Sequence record: PZ338877.1
Direction: 5' to 3' (one strand)
From: a phage
Length of the DNA: 64,000 nucleotides
The position numbers and the translations under genes are program-made. The notes beneath the pieces were generated by a model. That model worked only from the letters and a program-made list of their open reading frames with translations, ran no database searches and was not told the origin of the DNA. This document shows, piece after piece, positions 54,554-63,812 of this stretch. How positions within the stretch are numbered: position 1 is the first letter of the stretch; each line of letters opens with the position of its first letter.

Positions 54554-55663
54554 TTAGATTTCACGTTTACGTTGGGAGATGAGTTCACCAGCAGTGCCAA
54601 CGATGACATGCAAAGCTTCAGTCTTACCGTCCCATGCTTTCAGCACTTTACGTTGATTATCAACGATTGCTGCAACTTCATAACGGGATGAACGCATCTT
54701 CATATCGTTGTAATCAGTCGGAACAGATACAACATCTCGTGGATGGACACGAACCTTCAGGATGGTATCACCTGAGAAGCAACGAACATAATCCCAAGCA
54801 CCAACATGAAGACCCTGAGAGCAAGTTACGTTACGGTTATTATCCACCATCCAACGTGGCATTTCTACAATGTTACCCAAATCATTAGGTACTTTGTAGG
54901 TGTGGGAGTCAACCAGCTTGCCTTCACGAGTAGAAACTTTCTTCCAACCGATGATGTAACCTTCTTCATCAATTTCAACATCAAGGTGAGATACAAATCC
55001 CCAAAGTTGCTCTACAGAGTCTTTAGATGGGTTTTCCATCAGTTTTTCGAAGAACATTACAAGTCGTTCAAAACCTTTATCACCAGTCTTCATCATGTGA
55101 AGGATACGGTCAACCAGAGTAGAACGCATCTCAACAGCACCGTAGAATAACTTGTCACCTTTGATTGTGATAGCACCCTGAGTGAAGTTTTCGATAGACT
55201 TACGAATGTTCATCAGTTCAAATGCTTTCTTGAACTCACCTTTCACAACATGAACTACAATTTCTTGATAGTTCGGATGAGTGGACTCAACAATTTCAGA
55301 TTCTGAACCATAAGTCATAATTACAGAGTCACCAGTAATCATATACTCAATCTTGTCATCTTTCTGCATAGCTTCGTGCAGTTTATTTACCGGAGCTTTC
55401 TGTACAGGCTCTTTAACAACCTTTTCAACTGGTTTGCCAGCTTTCTTTTTAACTGACTTAGCAACTTGCTTCAAAGTCTTCGTAGCTGGTTTAGAAGCTG
55501 CCTTTTTCTTCCCTTTTAAGGTTGCTTCATGACGCTCTACAGCACGACCAACTGAACGGGTTGAAGTATTGAACTTCTGTGCAATAGCTGTTTTAGTCAG
55601 CTTGCCTTCTTTAACCAGTTTGTAAATTTCTGCGTCAATCTGTGCTTTAGTTTTAGTAGTCAT
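54554..55663 (-). CDS. rIIB: rIIB-like protein
   Basis: 369 aa immediately downstream of rIIA-like gene; basic N-terminus with HTH-like segment. Confidence 0.55.
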   Translation of the reverse strand: MTTKTKAQIDAEIYKLVKEGKLTKTAIAQKFNTSTRSVGRAVERHEATLKGKKKAASKPATKTLKQVAKSVKKKAGKPVEKVVKEPVQKAPVNKLHEAMQKDDKIEYMITGDSVIMTYGSESEIVESTHPNYQEIVVHVVKGEFKKAFELMNIRKSIENFTQGAITIKGDKLFYGAVEMRSTLVDRILHMMKTGDKGFERLVMFFEKLMENPSKDSVEQLWGFVSHLDVEIDEEGYIIGWKKVSTREGKLVDSHTYKVPNDLGNIVEMPRWMVDNNRNVTCSQGLHVGAWDYVRCFSGDTILKVRVHPRDVVSVPTDYNDMKMRSSRYEVAAIVDNQRKVLKAWDGKTEALHVIVGTAGELISQRKREI

Positions 55664-55707
55664 CTTGTTACTCTCTCTTGTTAGTTAATAAATCATTTTG
55701 TGAGGTT

Positions 55708-55737
55708 ATTCTAAGGGGCTTCAAAGCCCCTTGTCAA
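55708..55737 (-). promoter_or_regulatory. sigma70-like promoter with hairpin in spacer (upstream of rIIB)
   Basis: Minus strand: TTGACA-AGGGGCTTTGAAGCCCC-TTAGAAT; consensus -35 and near-consensus -10 separated by a GC hairpin. Confidence 0.45.
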
Positions 55738-55742
55738 ACACT

Positions 55743-58109
55743 TTAATCGTAAATTGTAGTTCCTTCTGGAACACACTTCACATCAAAGCCTAAGAACTTA
55801 CTCACTTCAATAGGTGACACTTTATTCCAATCTAAATGAGAAAGCAAGAAGTTTTCTTGTTTTCTTTTTGAAAGATAGTTTGTCACCTTGATGACCATAC
55901 GGTCACCAGCTTTCTTAATTTTCTTGTACAGCTTTGTATCATTGTCAAGGCACTCTTTCAAAGTTTGCAACCGACTAATAGTGTAAGTGTATGCAAACGG
56001 TGCAGCAACGTATTGGATTTTACCAAACATTGCCTCAACAGCATCTTCATTACCTTCTAAGAAGATAGTTTTGTTTGTGTCTCGTGAATAGCAATAACCG
56101 CGAGAAATCTTCCTGTTGTTGAACGTAAAGTTTCTGGCAATAATCCAACTGCTTGTAAGGTCTAGGACACCATTCATATAGATACGTGTCATATACCTGT
56201 TATGATTAATCCAGTGAACATCAGTTAAGCTGTCGTTCAAGAGCTTCTCATCTACTTCAATCCAGTCTTCTGGTATCTTTTTCCAATTTGCTTTTCGGAA
56301 AACATAGACTGTCTTTTCAATGACATTGGCAACTGACTTAGCTACATCATCTGGAGATGAGCAAAAACATTTGCCATCAACAGTATCACCAACTGCCTTA
56401 ATATAAAGTTGAGGCTCTTCAATTGTGTCTAAGTCTTCTGACACCTCTGTGTATGAGGCTACACCTTCTGCTGGAACAGCTTTCCAGAGTTTTACAACAC
56501 CTCTTACAGCTTCTTTACGCTGATAATGATGTTCCTTATCAGACATCTTTACAATCTTTAACAAGCTTTTATCAAGTTTGTGTAGATTGATTAGGTCGTC
56601 TAACTCTTTCTCAGTAGAGAATACGAAGACAATACCATTGTATCTGTGAAACAGGTTTGACTCACTGGCATAGTCTCGACATGCACCACGCAGAATCTGA
56701 TTGCGGCCTACAGTCTTCTCAGTACCGTTTTTATTGCGACGGTCATTTATAACAAACAAAAACTGTTCAATTTGGCTTTTACGCATTGCGCCAAAGATAT
56801 TGAACATACTTGCCTCTTGAGTGTAGGAAAGCGATGTTGCACGAATCTTACTCTCTAAAGAGTTGAACTTGACATAAGCAACTGGATTATAAAGATAATC
56901 TACTTTAGGGATGTTGTTTCCGTTCCTATCAACCTTAATATTACCTTTACCGTCACGTTCATAAATGACTGAGCCGTCTTCTGCGTAGATAATCCCACGA
57001 CGAATGTTTAGTAATTCTTCTTCCAGAGAATCAAGCTTAACACCTCCCCACTCTAGCTTTGGACACACAGCATTAAACATCTCTCGTGAGTTCAAACGTA
57101 ACTCAGCATAAGCCTGTGCAGCATCCATGAGTGTAGGTTGGCTATTAACTTTCTTGATAACATCCTTTGTAATTGCTTCAGTTATCTTTTTAGTAGCCTC
57201 AATGATAACATTTTTTGTCGTGTCATTCATCTGCAATGCTTCACGAGAAGCTGCAATAGCAACTGAGCCAATAGGCATGTAGATGTTTACAAGGTCTACG
57301 CTCCTACGGAAAAATTCTGGCAAGACTTTGAAAAAATCATCACCAAGTAATGCTTCCATATTCACTGGATAGGCAATATTACCCATCACCACATTAAACT
57401 CTGTCCTGTTAGCACCAGAACGCCAGCTTTGCTTATGAATCATGGCATCATAAACACCTTCTTCACGGGCAATGACATTCATATCTGCTAATACATCATC
57501 ATACTCGATATTACTTTCTGGTTTTACAGCAAAGTATGAGTATACGTGACCAGCCTCTTCAAAGAACTTTGAGATACGATGGTCAGCAACTGCTACACGT
57601 ACAGCTAAACCATTAGGCTCTTTTGTTGGGTTGGTGGTCAGCTTAGTTACTTGAGGGATACCATTCTCAAGATAAACAGAGTACTTATTAACAACACCAT
57701 CAACATAACTGGACACTGTGAATGACTGAGCAATTGCAAATGGGGATTTTGAGCCGATACCCATTGCACCAATGTAGTCATTAGAGTCATTCTTCGTAGA
57801 AGCCCCGTAGTTTAGATACAAACTCATAACTTTATCATGAGTCAATCCAGTTCCGAAATCACGAACTTCAAAGTAAGGCTCAAAACGAGTAGGTAAATGC
57901 ACATGGAACGGGATGTTCTCTTTTCCAGCTTCTTTCTGAGCATCTACTGCGTTACATGACAGTTCACGAATTACTGCTTGCTCTTTAAAGGTATATACAC
58001 CAGAACTCAGAAGGCTGAACATTTCAGGTGTCATTGTAATCTGTGCTTGAGATGTCTCTAAAGAAGTTGAACTCTTAATCACTTCTGCGTGGTCGTTTAC
58101 CATGCGCAT
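55743..58109 (-). CDS. rIIA: rIIA-like protein (GHKL ATPase-like N-terminus)
   Basis: 788 aa; N-terminal ELSCNAVDA ... VRDFGTGL ... GAMGIGSKS blocks matching GHKL/HATPase motifs; followed by rIIB-like gene. Confidence 0.65.
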   Translation of the reverse strand: MRMVNDHAEVIKSSTSLETSQAQITMTPEMFSLLSSGVYTFKEQAVIRELSCNAVDAQKEAGKENIPFHVHLPTRFEPYFEVRDFGTGLTHDKVMSLYLNYGASTKNDSNDYIGAMGIGSKSPFAIAQSFTVSSYVDGVVNKYSVYLENGIPQVTKLTTNPTKEPNGLAVRVAVADHRISKFFEEAGHVYSYFAVKPESNIEYDDVLADMNVIAREEGVYDAMIHKQSWRSGANRTEFNVVMGNIAYPVNMEALLGDDFFKVLPEFFRRSVDLVNIYMPIGSVAIAASREALQMNDTTKNVIIEATKKITEAITKDVIKKVNSQPTLMDAAQAYAELRLNSREMFNAVCPKLEWGGVKLDSLEEELLNIRRGIIYAEDGSVIYERDGKGNIKVDRNGNNIPKVDYLYNPVAYVKFNSLESKIRATSLSYTQEASMFNIFGAMRKSQIEQFLFVINDRRNKNGTEKTVGRNQILRGACRDYASESNLFHRYNGIVFVFSTEKELDDLINLHKLDKSLLKIVKMSDKEHHYQRKEAVRGVVKLWKAVPAEGVASYTEVSEDLDTIEEPQLYIKAVGDTVDGKCFCSSPDDVAKSVANVIEKTVYVFRKANWKKIPEDWIEVDEKLLNDSLTDVHWINHNRYMTRIYMNGVLDLTSSWIIARNFTFNNRKISRGYCYSRDTNKTIFLEGNEDAVEAMFGKIQYVAAPFAYTYTISRLQTLKECLDNDTKLYKKIKKAGDRMVIKVTNYLSKRKQENFLLSHLDWNKVSPIEVSKFLGFDVKCVPEGTTIYD

Positions 58110-58137
58110 AATACTTTCCTCTTAGTTTACTGTTAAA

Positions 58138-58314
58138 TTACTTATTAAACATTTTACCAGAACCGCCACACATAGGGCAACAACCTGCTCTTGTATAGCC
58201 TTCTCCATTACAGAAGTCACATTTTTTGTGTTCTGCATAGTACTTACAAAGAAGGTAAACAAATACTGCTATACTGCCAAGTGACAGTAAAATTTCTATC
58301 CAATATGCTTGCAT
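58138..58314 (-). CDS. small TM plus zinc-ribbon protein (not in ORF track, under 60 aa)
   Basis: About 58 aa: hydrophobic helix then CDFCNG...CCPMCGG; GAGAGG RBS; overlaps neighbours slightly. Confidence 0.3.
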   Translation of the reverse strand: MQAYWIEILLSLGSIAVFVYLLCKYYAEHKKCDFCNGEGYTRAGCCPMCGGSGKMFNK

Positions 58315-58631
58315 GACTCACCTCTCATATTCTTGTAAAGGATAAAGCTTCTGTCATGAACGATGCTTGTAGATACTGCAAAGTTACTTTCAAGCATCTG
58401 TTTGTTTGGATTGTAGAAGCTTTCTTTAAACTCGTCAAGTGCAAATTGGTGATTGTCTGGAAGACCTTTTACACAGACCTTTATTGTGATTGCCGATGCA
58501 ACCTTGCCAGTCAGTTCTTCTTTAGCTGCTACTAAGATTTTGTTGAGGAACTTATGACCATTTTCAGGCTTCTTGATGTTCTCCCAGCGTTCTTCTAAGA
58601 CAATATTGATGTTCATTTCTTTGATTTTCAT
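58296..58631 (-). CDS. hypothetical protein
   Basis: 111 aa; downstream of terminator after Nampt-like gene. Confidence 0.5.
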   Translation of the reverse strand: MKIKEMNINIVLEERWENIKKPENGHKFLNKILVAAKEELTGKVASAITIKVCVKGLPDNHQFALDEFKESFYNPNKQMLESNFAVSTSIVHDRSFILYKNMRGESCKHIG

Positions 58632-58647
58632 AATCTTCTCCAGAAAT

Positions 58648-58670
58648 TAAAAAGGCTCCCGTAGGAGCCT
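58648..58670 (-). terminator. intrinsic terminator after Nampt-like gene
   Basis: AGGCTCC-CGTA-GGAGCCT hairpin followed by T-run on minus strand. Confidence 0.55.
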
Positions 58671-58684
58671 CTTATCATATACTT

Positions 58685-60466
58685 TTAAAGTTGCTTGTCA
58701 ATATTATTTCGAATATCACCAAGAGATGTGTAACCGAACTGCTCAGAGTCACTAAAGACTAAACGTAAAGCACAAGCTGGGTGTTCAAGCACATCTGCAA
58801 AGCTCTGGAATCCATAGCCATCTACAGCTTTCAGCTTATCACCATCCCACATAGGTGCTACACCACCAAAAGCAGACTTCTTAACACCACTATCTGTTTT
58901 AGGGTCTTTTGCAAGCATAATCTCTTTGCCACCAATGCTTGCAAGAGTTGCTTTGACAGCAAATGCAAAGGTGTCACGAGTCATGTACTGGTAAGTGTAA
59001 GAGCCTACACCAAACACTACGTTAGAGCTTGCAAAACCCATTTCATACAAACGCTTCAGGATTTCGTTTGCACGTTCCAGCGTGATAGAGTCACCATAAA
59101 TAAGCCCGATGTGCTCATCCAGTACTTTAAAACCTTTAGAGTTGATAGTTCCTCCAAAGATGTTATACAGTGTCTTGATAGCTCCATCAATCTCTGCTAC
59201 AGGACGTGTTACAACATTTGCAGAACCAACCATATAAGCATTTTTCAACATAACTGTATCAGCAACTTCAAAGTCTTCTCTGTCAACAACCATCTCGTAG
59301 CCTTCTGACAGTAGCCATCCAGCAATACCATAACTGATGTTTTCAAGCTTCATGTTCAGAACAGCATTCAACATTGTGTCGCTTGCTTCCAGCTTGCTTA
59401 GGTGTTCGTAATAAGCTTTTTTAGCGCACTCTAAATGGATTGCTTTATAACCTGTGACAATATGTACAGGGTCACCAGAGTCAGGACGAATTACCAGTTT
59501 GCCGTCACGTTCCATAATCTCTTTACGAAGTGCTGGTAAGATTTCTGATACAGTTCTCCAGAAGTTATAAGTGTCTGAAACAACACTTGCAATACCAGTT
59601 GGGTAAGTTTCTGTTAAGAAACGACGGAAGGTTTGTAACTCACCTTTAAAGCGTCTTTCTTCTTCAACCAACTCATTCCCACCTTCCCAAGCAATGTTTG
59701 CACACATGACAGAGTGTTCAGTGGCTGGTACAGAACCACCAATATCGGAAATTGGATAGGACTGTCCATAGATGCGTTTAGCTGTATATACAGCAGGGAA
59801 GCTATCAGTTCCTTTAAAGCTGGTTAAGTGACCTACAGCATTAAATGCGTCATCAGTAAAGCCAGACATACCACGCATAGCAAAGTCATGGCACTGATAA
59901 GGTAAATGCAAGTCATTGTCGCAAGTAAGGTCAGACCACTTCTTACAGATACGTTTGTAGTGCAATGCAATAGTTGCAATGGTACAAGCCTTCCAAATCT
60001 CAGCAGAGAAAGCATCTTCCAGATACCCAGCTACCCAATGGAAACCTGAAACAGTGTTCTGGAAGACAATCATTGGTACACGCATAGGAACAACTGTGCC
60101 TTCTTCTACAGCGTATACTTCAACTGGTAGATAGCCTAAGTCGTGAAGTGCTTCCCAATGTTCTCGACCAATAGCATCTTTACCCAGAACACCGTTCATG
60201 ACTTCTAAGATTTCGTCAATTGCTTCTTTTTTGTCACGTTCAAAGAAGGTGGTGTTCCAGTGGTCTATCAAGTAATCTTTAACAAAACGTTGAATACCAA
60301 AAGCAACTACACCGTCAATTGCTAAAGGGCTGTTAAACCATTTATCACTACGTGGTGTCAGGTTGAACATTAGGTACTCTGTTGCACTAGGATACTGATA
60401 AATATGGCCAGACTTGTAAGCATCCGCGTTTAAACCTGCTGGTACTGCATAAAGTGATTTAGTCAT
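58685..60466 (-). CDS. nicotinamide phosphoribosyltransferase family protein (Nampt/NadV-like; possibly Namat of an NAD+ reconstitution pathway)
   Basis: Trimmed to Met7 (ATG); N-terminal ...DAYKSGHIYQYP matches Nampt DSYK.tHy.QYP motif; ~593 aa; adjacent to Prs-like gene. Confidence 0.8.
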   Translation of the reverse strand: MTKSLYAVPAGLNADAYKSGHIYQYPSATEYLMFNLTPRSDKWFNSPLAIDGVVAFGIQRFVKDYLIDHWNTTFFERDKKEAIDEILEVMNGVLGKDAIGREHWEALHDLGYLPVEVYAVEEGTVVPMRVPMIVFQNTVSGFHWVAGYLEDAFSAEIWKACTIATIALHYKRICKKWSDLTCDNDLHLPYQCHDFAMRGMSGFTDDAFNAVGHLTSFKGTDSFPAVYTAKRIYGQSYPISDIGGSVPATEHSVMCANIAWEGGNELVEEERRFKGELQTFRRFLTETYPTGIASVVSDTYNFWRTVSEILPALRKEIMERDGKLVIRPDSGDPVHIVTGYKAIHLECAKKAYYEHLSKLEASDTMLNAVLNMKLENISYGIAGWLLSEGYEMVVDREDFEVADTVMLKNAYMVGSANVVTRPVAEIDGAIKTLYNIFGGTINSKGFKVLDEHIGLIYGDSITLERANEILKRLYEMGFASSNVVFGVGSYTYQYMTRDTFAFAVKATLASIGGKEIMLAKDPKTDSGVKKSAFGGVAPMWDGDKLKAVDGYGFQSFADVLEHPACALRLVFSDSEQFGYTSLGDIRNNIDKQL

Positions 60467-60488
60467 CTTTTTAATCTCTCTCAAAATG

Positions 60489-60504
60489 GGGCTTTGAAGC
60501 CCCT
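60489..60504 (-). promoter_or_regulatory. GGGGCTT-CAAA-GCCCC stem-loop between Prs-like and Nampt-like genes
   Basis: Same hairpin as in the rIIB promoter spacer; followed by TTGAGAGAGA leader. Confidence 0.4.
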
Positions 60505-60512
60505 ATAAAGTT

Positions 60513-61394
60513 TCAATCAATGGTAATTACAGTAACTTGGGCATAATGTGTTAAGCCACGGTCTTTAGCTTCCCCTAAAGAGTTTGTAGTGTAGATATGG
60601 TCAATACCATTGTCAAGTAAGTTTTCAACACCTTTAGAGAAAATGCCATGAGTTACATAGAGTTCCACACGTTTTGCACCTGCTTCACGAAGATGTTTAG
60701 CTGCTTCTATGAAGGTTCGACCACCATCACAGATATCATCGAGAATCATGACAGTTTTATCTGTCAAATCAACAGCATCAAGGATTCGCATACCAGTAAT
60801 TTCACCAGTCTTAAGGTTGCGTACTTTAGACATTGTGATGTATGGTTTATCCACCTCTTTAGCAGCCTCTTCAGTCTTCTTAGCTGCACCTGCATCTGGA
60901 GCTACCAATAAATCAATGCGTGGGTCACTTGCAAAGTGTACTGCCACATCTTTTTGCTTCATGCTCTGGAAGCACTTAAATAAGTTTTCTGCAACATTGC
61001 TGTGAGGGTCAAGAGCACATACTGCATCAAAACCCATTGCATTAACGAGGTTGGCAAAAGCTTTCAGTGCTGCTGAATCGCCTTTGAACATATGGCGGTC
61101 ATATCGAGCATTCGGTAAGAACCCGAAAACAACGGTTTTCATCGCTGATTTATATGGAACAAGACTGTCAATGGCATCCTTAGCCAAAGCTAATGCAAAC
61201 AGTGTATCTTTATCATATCCCTGCACAGTAAGTATAACATTGTCAATCTTACCAGCATTACGCTCAGTAAACTTAACAAAATCTTCAGAGAAGTTTCCAC
61301 CAATTTCTCCAGATGGGAATTGGATGATATTAAATTTTTCTGTGTGGAAGAATTTCTCTTGTGCGGTGACAACGGCTTCAATAATAGTTTTCAT
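60513..61394 (-). CDS. ribose-phosphate pyrophosphokinase family protein (Prs-like; possibly ADPR-PP synthetase Adps)
   Basis: Trimmed to Met6 (first ATG; track start appears to be TTG); motifs PNARYDR, ALDPHS and PRPP-binding loop ILDDICDGGRT match Prs. Confidence 0.8.
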   Translation of the reverse strand: MKTIIEAVVTAQEKFFHTEKFNIIQFPSGEIGGNFSEDFVKFTERNAGKIDNVILTVQGYDKDTLFALALAKDAIDSLVPYKSAMKTVVFGFLPNARYDRHMFKGDSAALKAFANLVNAMGFDAVCALDPHSNVAENLFKCFQSMKQKDVAVHFASDPRIDLLVAPDAGAAKKTEEAAKEVDKPYITMSKVRNLKTGEITGMRILDAVDLTDKTVMILDDICDGGRTFIEAAKHLREAGAKRVELYVTHGIFSKGVENLLDNGIDHIYTTNSLGEAKDRGLTHYAQVTVITID

Positions 61395-61409
61395 AGTTTT
61401 CTCTCTCAA

Positions 61410-61943
61410 TCAAAAGTTACGTTTGTTACTGCCATTGTAAGTTGCCCTATAAACTGTCTCGAACTTCAACAGGAGAGATATTGCCAAATCTGTATAGTTG
61501 TTGTCAAGCACATCTGGCATATTATTTTTGATATATTTCTCTTGCTCTTCATAGGTCATCTTAGGAGTACTTAGGAGGTTATCTCCTTGCTTCTGATTAT
61601 CAGCTTTAGTTTGGATAAACCAGTTTGCACAGTGATGCTCACCGCCTTTTGTAACAGGCTTGTGGTGACCCAGTGTGAAGGCTTGACTACCTGTATATCT
61701 GCAAAGTTTATTGAGCACTGTGATAGTGTTCTTTACAACAAAACATTCATACAGGTTATCTATGGTATAATGTGGGTAATAGCGGAATAGTGCTCTTTCA
61801 CGAGTACTATCACGATTCCAGAGAATCATGTGATTTGAGTTAGAAGGGTCGTATTGGTGGGAGTCAATGAACTCTTGACGTTCTTCAAAGCTTAGTCTTA
61901 GAACTGACATTGCAGCCGAACGTTTTAGATTTGACAGATACAT
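61410..61943 (-). mobile_element. HNH homing endonuclease gene
   Basis: 177 aa; HNH motif HHKPVTKGGEHHCANW....N; free-standing between nrdG-side genes and Prs-like gene. Confidence 0.55.
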
Positions 61944-61994
61944 TTTATCTCCAAAATAAAAAGGGAACCTTTACAGTCCCCTTATAGTATCTGT

Positions 61995-62315
61995 TTACTG
62001 AGCTACTTTCAAGATGCTTGTGAACGGGATTTCACTCTCATCCATAAACTCTTTCGCTTCTCCAGTAACTTTTACAAAGTTATCTAGGCAGATAATCTTC
62101 TTATCTTTCTTGCTGTAGGTTAGCTTAACCTTTTCAATATCTTTCTTAGAGCTTTCCTCTTCATTGAAGAGTTTTACAGCCTCTTTGAATGGTAGATATG
62201 AGCCGTCATCATCGCTAATGAACCCTGTACCGCAGTAGTAGTAGTTATACTCTTTAGCCATAAATTGGCACAGTACGAAAATCTGTAATTTACGAGTGTT
62301 ATAAACTTTGCTCAT
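61995..62315 (-). CDS. hypothetical protein
   Basis: 106 aa. Confidence 0.5.
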   Translation of the reverse strand: MSKVYNTRKLQIFVLCQFMAKEYNYYYCGTGFISDDDGSYLPFKEAVKLFNEEESSKKDIEKVKLTYSKKDKKIICLDNFVKVTGEAKEFMDESEIPFTSILKVAQ

Positions 62316-62317
62316 GA

Positions 62318-62575
62318 TTATTTAGCCTTCTTGTTACGTTTACGGTTACGAGCTTTCTTAGCTGCACGTTTAATAGCTGCTGCACCAGTTGGTCGATGTG
62401 CTTGTTTTTTACCACCTTTACCACGACCTACATAGATACTTTTCATAATCTCATTAGCTAGTTTCTCATCCATCTTGAAGTTCTGCATGAGATGAGTAAC
62501 GTCAACACCAGTGAGCATACCTAGTGATGCCAGTGCTGCTTTTACTTTTGATTTAAAACTGTTCCAGATTCCCAT
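62318..62575 (-). CDS. hypothetical protein with basic C-terminal tail
   Basis: 85 aa; GAGAGG RBS; C-terminal KKARNRKRNKKAK. Confidence 0.45.
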   Translation of the reverse strand: MGIWNSFKSKVKAALASLGMLTGVDVTHLMQNFKMDEKLANEIMKSIYVGRGKGGKKQAHRPTGAAAIKRAAKKARNRKRNKKAK

Positions 62576-62844
62576 TTCGTACCTCTCTCAATCTTTTCAC
62601 AAAATGTTTTAAGTTCTTCTTCAGTGACACCAACAATACTGTCACCAACGTTTAAATTTGTTTTGTAGAACATTGTAAAGTGGCCTTTACCAATAACTTC
62701 GAATGTTCCCACCTTCTCAATCTCTGCTAAGGCTTCCATTCCAACATTACCAAACAGTGAGTTTGTATACTTTTTCCACTCATCAAGGAGTTCGGTCTTG
62801 ACCTTATAAGTGCCTAATAAAGCACTATTAAAAGAGATAATCAT
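62542..62844 (-). CDS. hypothetical protein
   Basis: Track ORF trimmed to Met53 (AGGTGAG RBS) to remove overlap with nrdG. Confidence 0.4.
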   Translation of the reverse strand: MIISFNSALLGTYKVKTELLDEWKKYTNSLFGNVGMEALAEIEKVGTFEVIGKGHFTMFYKTNLNVGDSIVGVTEEELKTFCEKIERGTKWESGTVLNQK

Positions 62845-62881
62845 TATCTCACCTTTCCCGTAGCCAATTTTACGACGAGAT

Positions 62882-63367
62882 TTACTCTGCTCGCCATTGA
62901 CAATCACCTTGCCACCCATACTCTTTTCTCCAGAGGTTTTGGTTATCAGAACCACGATATGGTTTAACTGTTGGTTTAGAAGAATCATACTTACCATCAA
63001 TCACCACGTCAACATATTTCATCACATCTAGGTGAATTTTTTCGTGTAACTGAAAACCTGTCCAAAGCCATATAGACTTTTCTGGATAAACAGTTTTAAT
63101 ACGTTTACATATGTTGGTGACCTCTTGAATGTTCCTATCATCAAGAGGCTCTCCACCAAGTATTGACAACCCACTGATGGCCTTATCATCCATTAACTTA
63201 ATGATGCCGTAGAGGTTTGCATAAGTAAACTCTTTACCAGCATTAAACTTCCAAGACTCCCTGTTAAAGCAGCCTTCACAGTGATGCTTACAACCAGCTA
63301 CGAAGAGGCTTACACGAACCCCTTCACCATTAGCTGTGTCAAATGGTCGAATCTCCATGTAATTCAT
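62882..63367 (-). CDS. nrdG: anaerobic ribonucleotide reductase activating protein
   Basis: 161 aa; radical-SAM cluster GCKHHCEGCFN (Cx3Cx2C) near N-terminus as in NrdG. Confidence 0.75.
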   Translation of the reverse strand: MNYMEIRPFDTANGEGVRVSLFVAGCKHHCEGCFNRESWKFNAGKEFTYANLYGIIKLMDDKAISGLSILGGEPLDDRNIQEVTNICKRIKTVYPEKSIWLWTGFQLHEKIHLDVMKYVDVVIDGKYDSSKPTVKPYRGSDNQNLWRKEYGWQGDCQWRAE

Positions 63368-63416
63368 CTAGTTGCCTCACCAATATTATTCAAACCTTTT
63401 CTTCGAATTGTTTTAC

Positions 63417-63812
63417 TCATTCAAACACTACCTGACAAGGAACCTGTTTAGTAATAAACTCTTCACAGTGCTCTTTAATGAAGTCTTGTAAGAGCACGCA
63501 GTCTTGTGCACAAGTCATGAGTGCAATATACTCTGGGTTCATAATGTTTTCAATGGTGTAGAAGACAACATTGTCAGATAATTCATGACCGTCTTCTTCA
63601 GACCAAGTTCCAGTGACTACAGCTAGTTTATCAAGTAACTCATTAGGCAACGCTACACCATCTTCTACGGAATCACTTAGAACGTTGTCGCCTATGTACA
63701 ATGTGAAGACCGTATGGAATGTTGAGTATCTTGCGTGATTCTTTTCGCAAGAGCCACACTCTGAGGCGTAATCTTTAATCCACTCTAACTGTTTTTGATT
63801 CAACTTAATCAT
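63417..63812 (-). CDS. hypothetical Cys-rich protein
   Basis: 131 aa. Confidence 0.5.
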   Translation of the reverse strand: MIKLNQKQLEWIKDYASECGSCEKNHARYSTFHTVFTLYIGDNVLSDSVEDGVALPNELLDKLAVVTGTWSEEDGHELSDNVVFYTIENIMNPEYIALMTCAQDCVLLQDFIKEHCEEFITKQVPCQVVFE

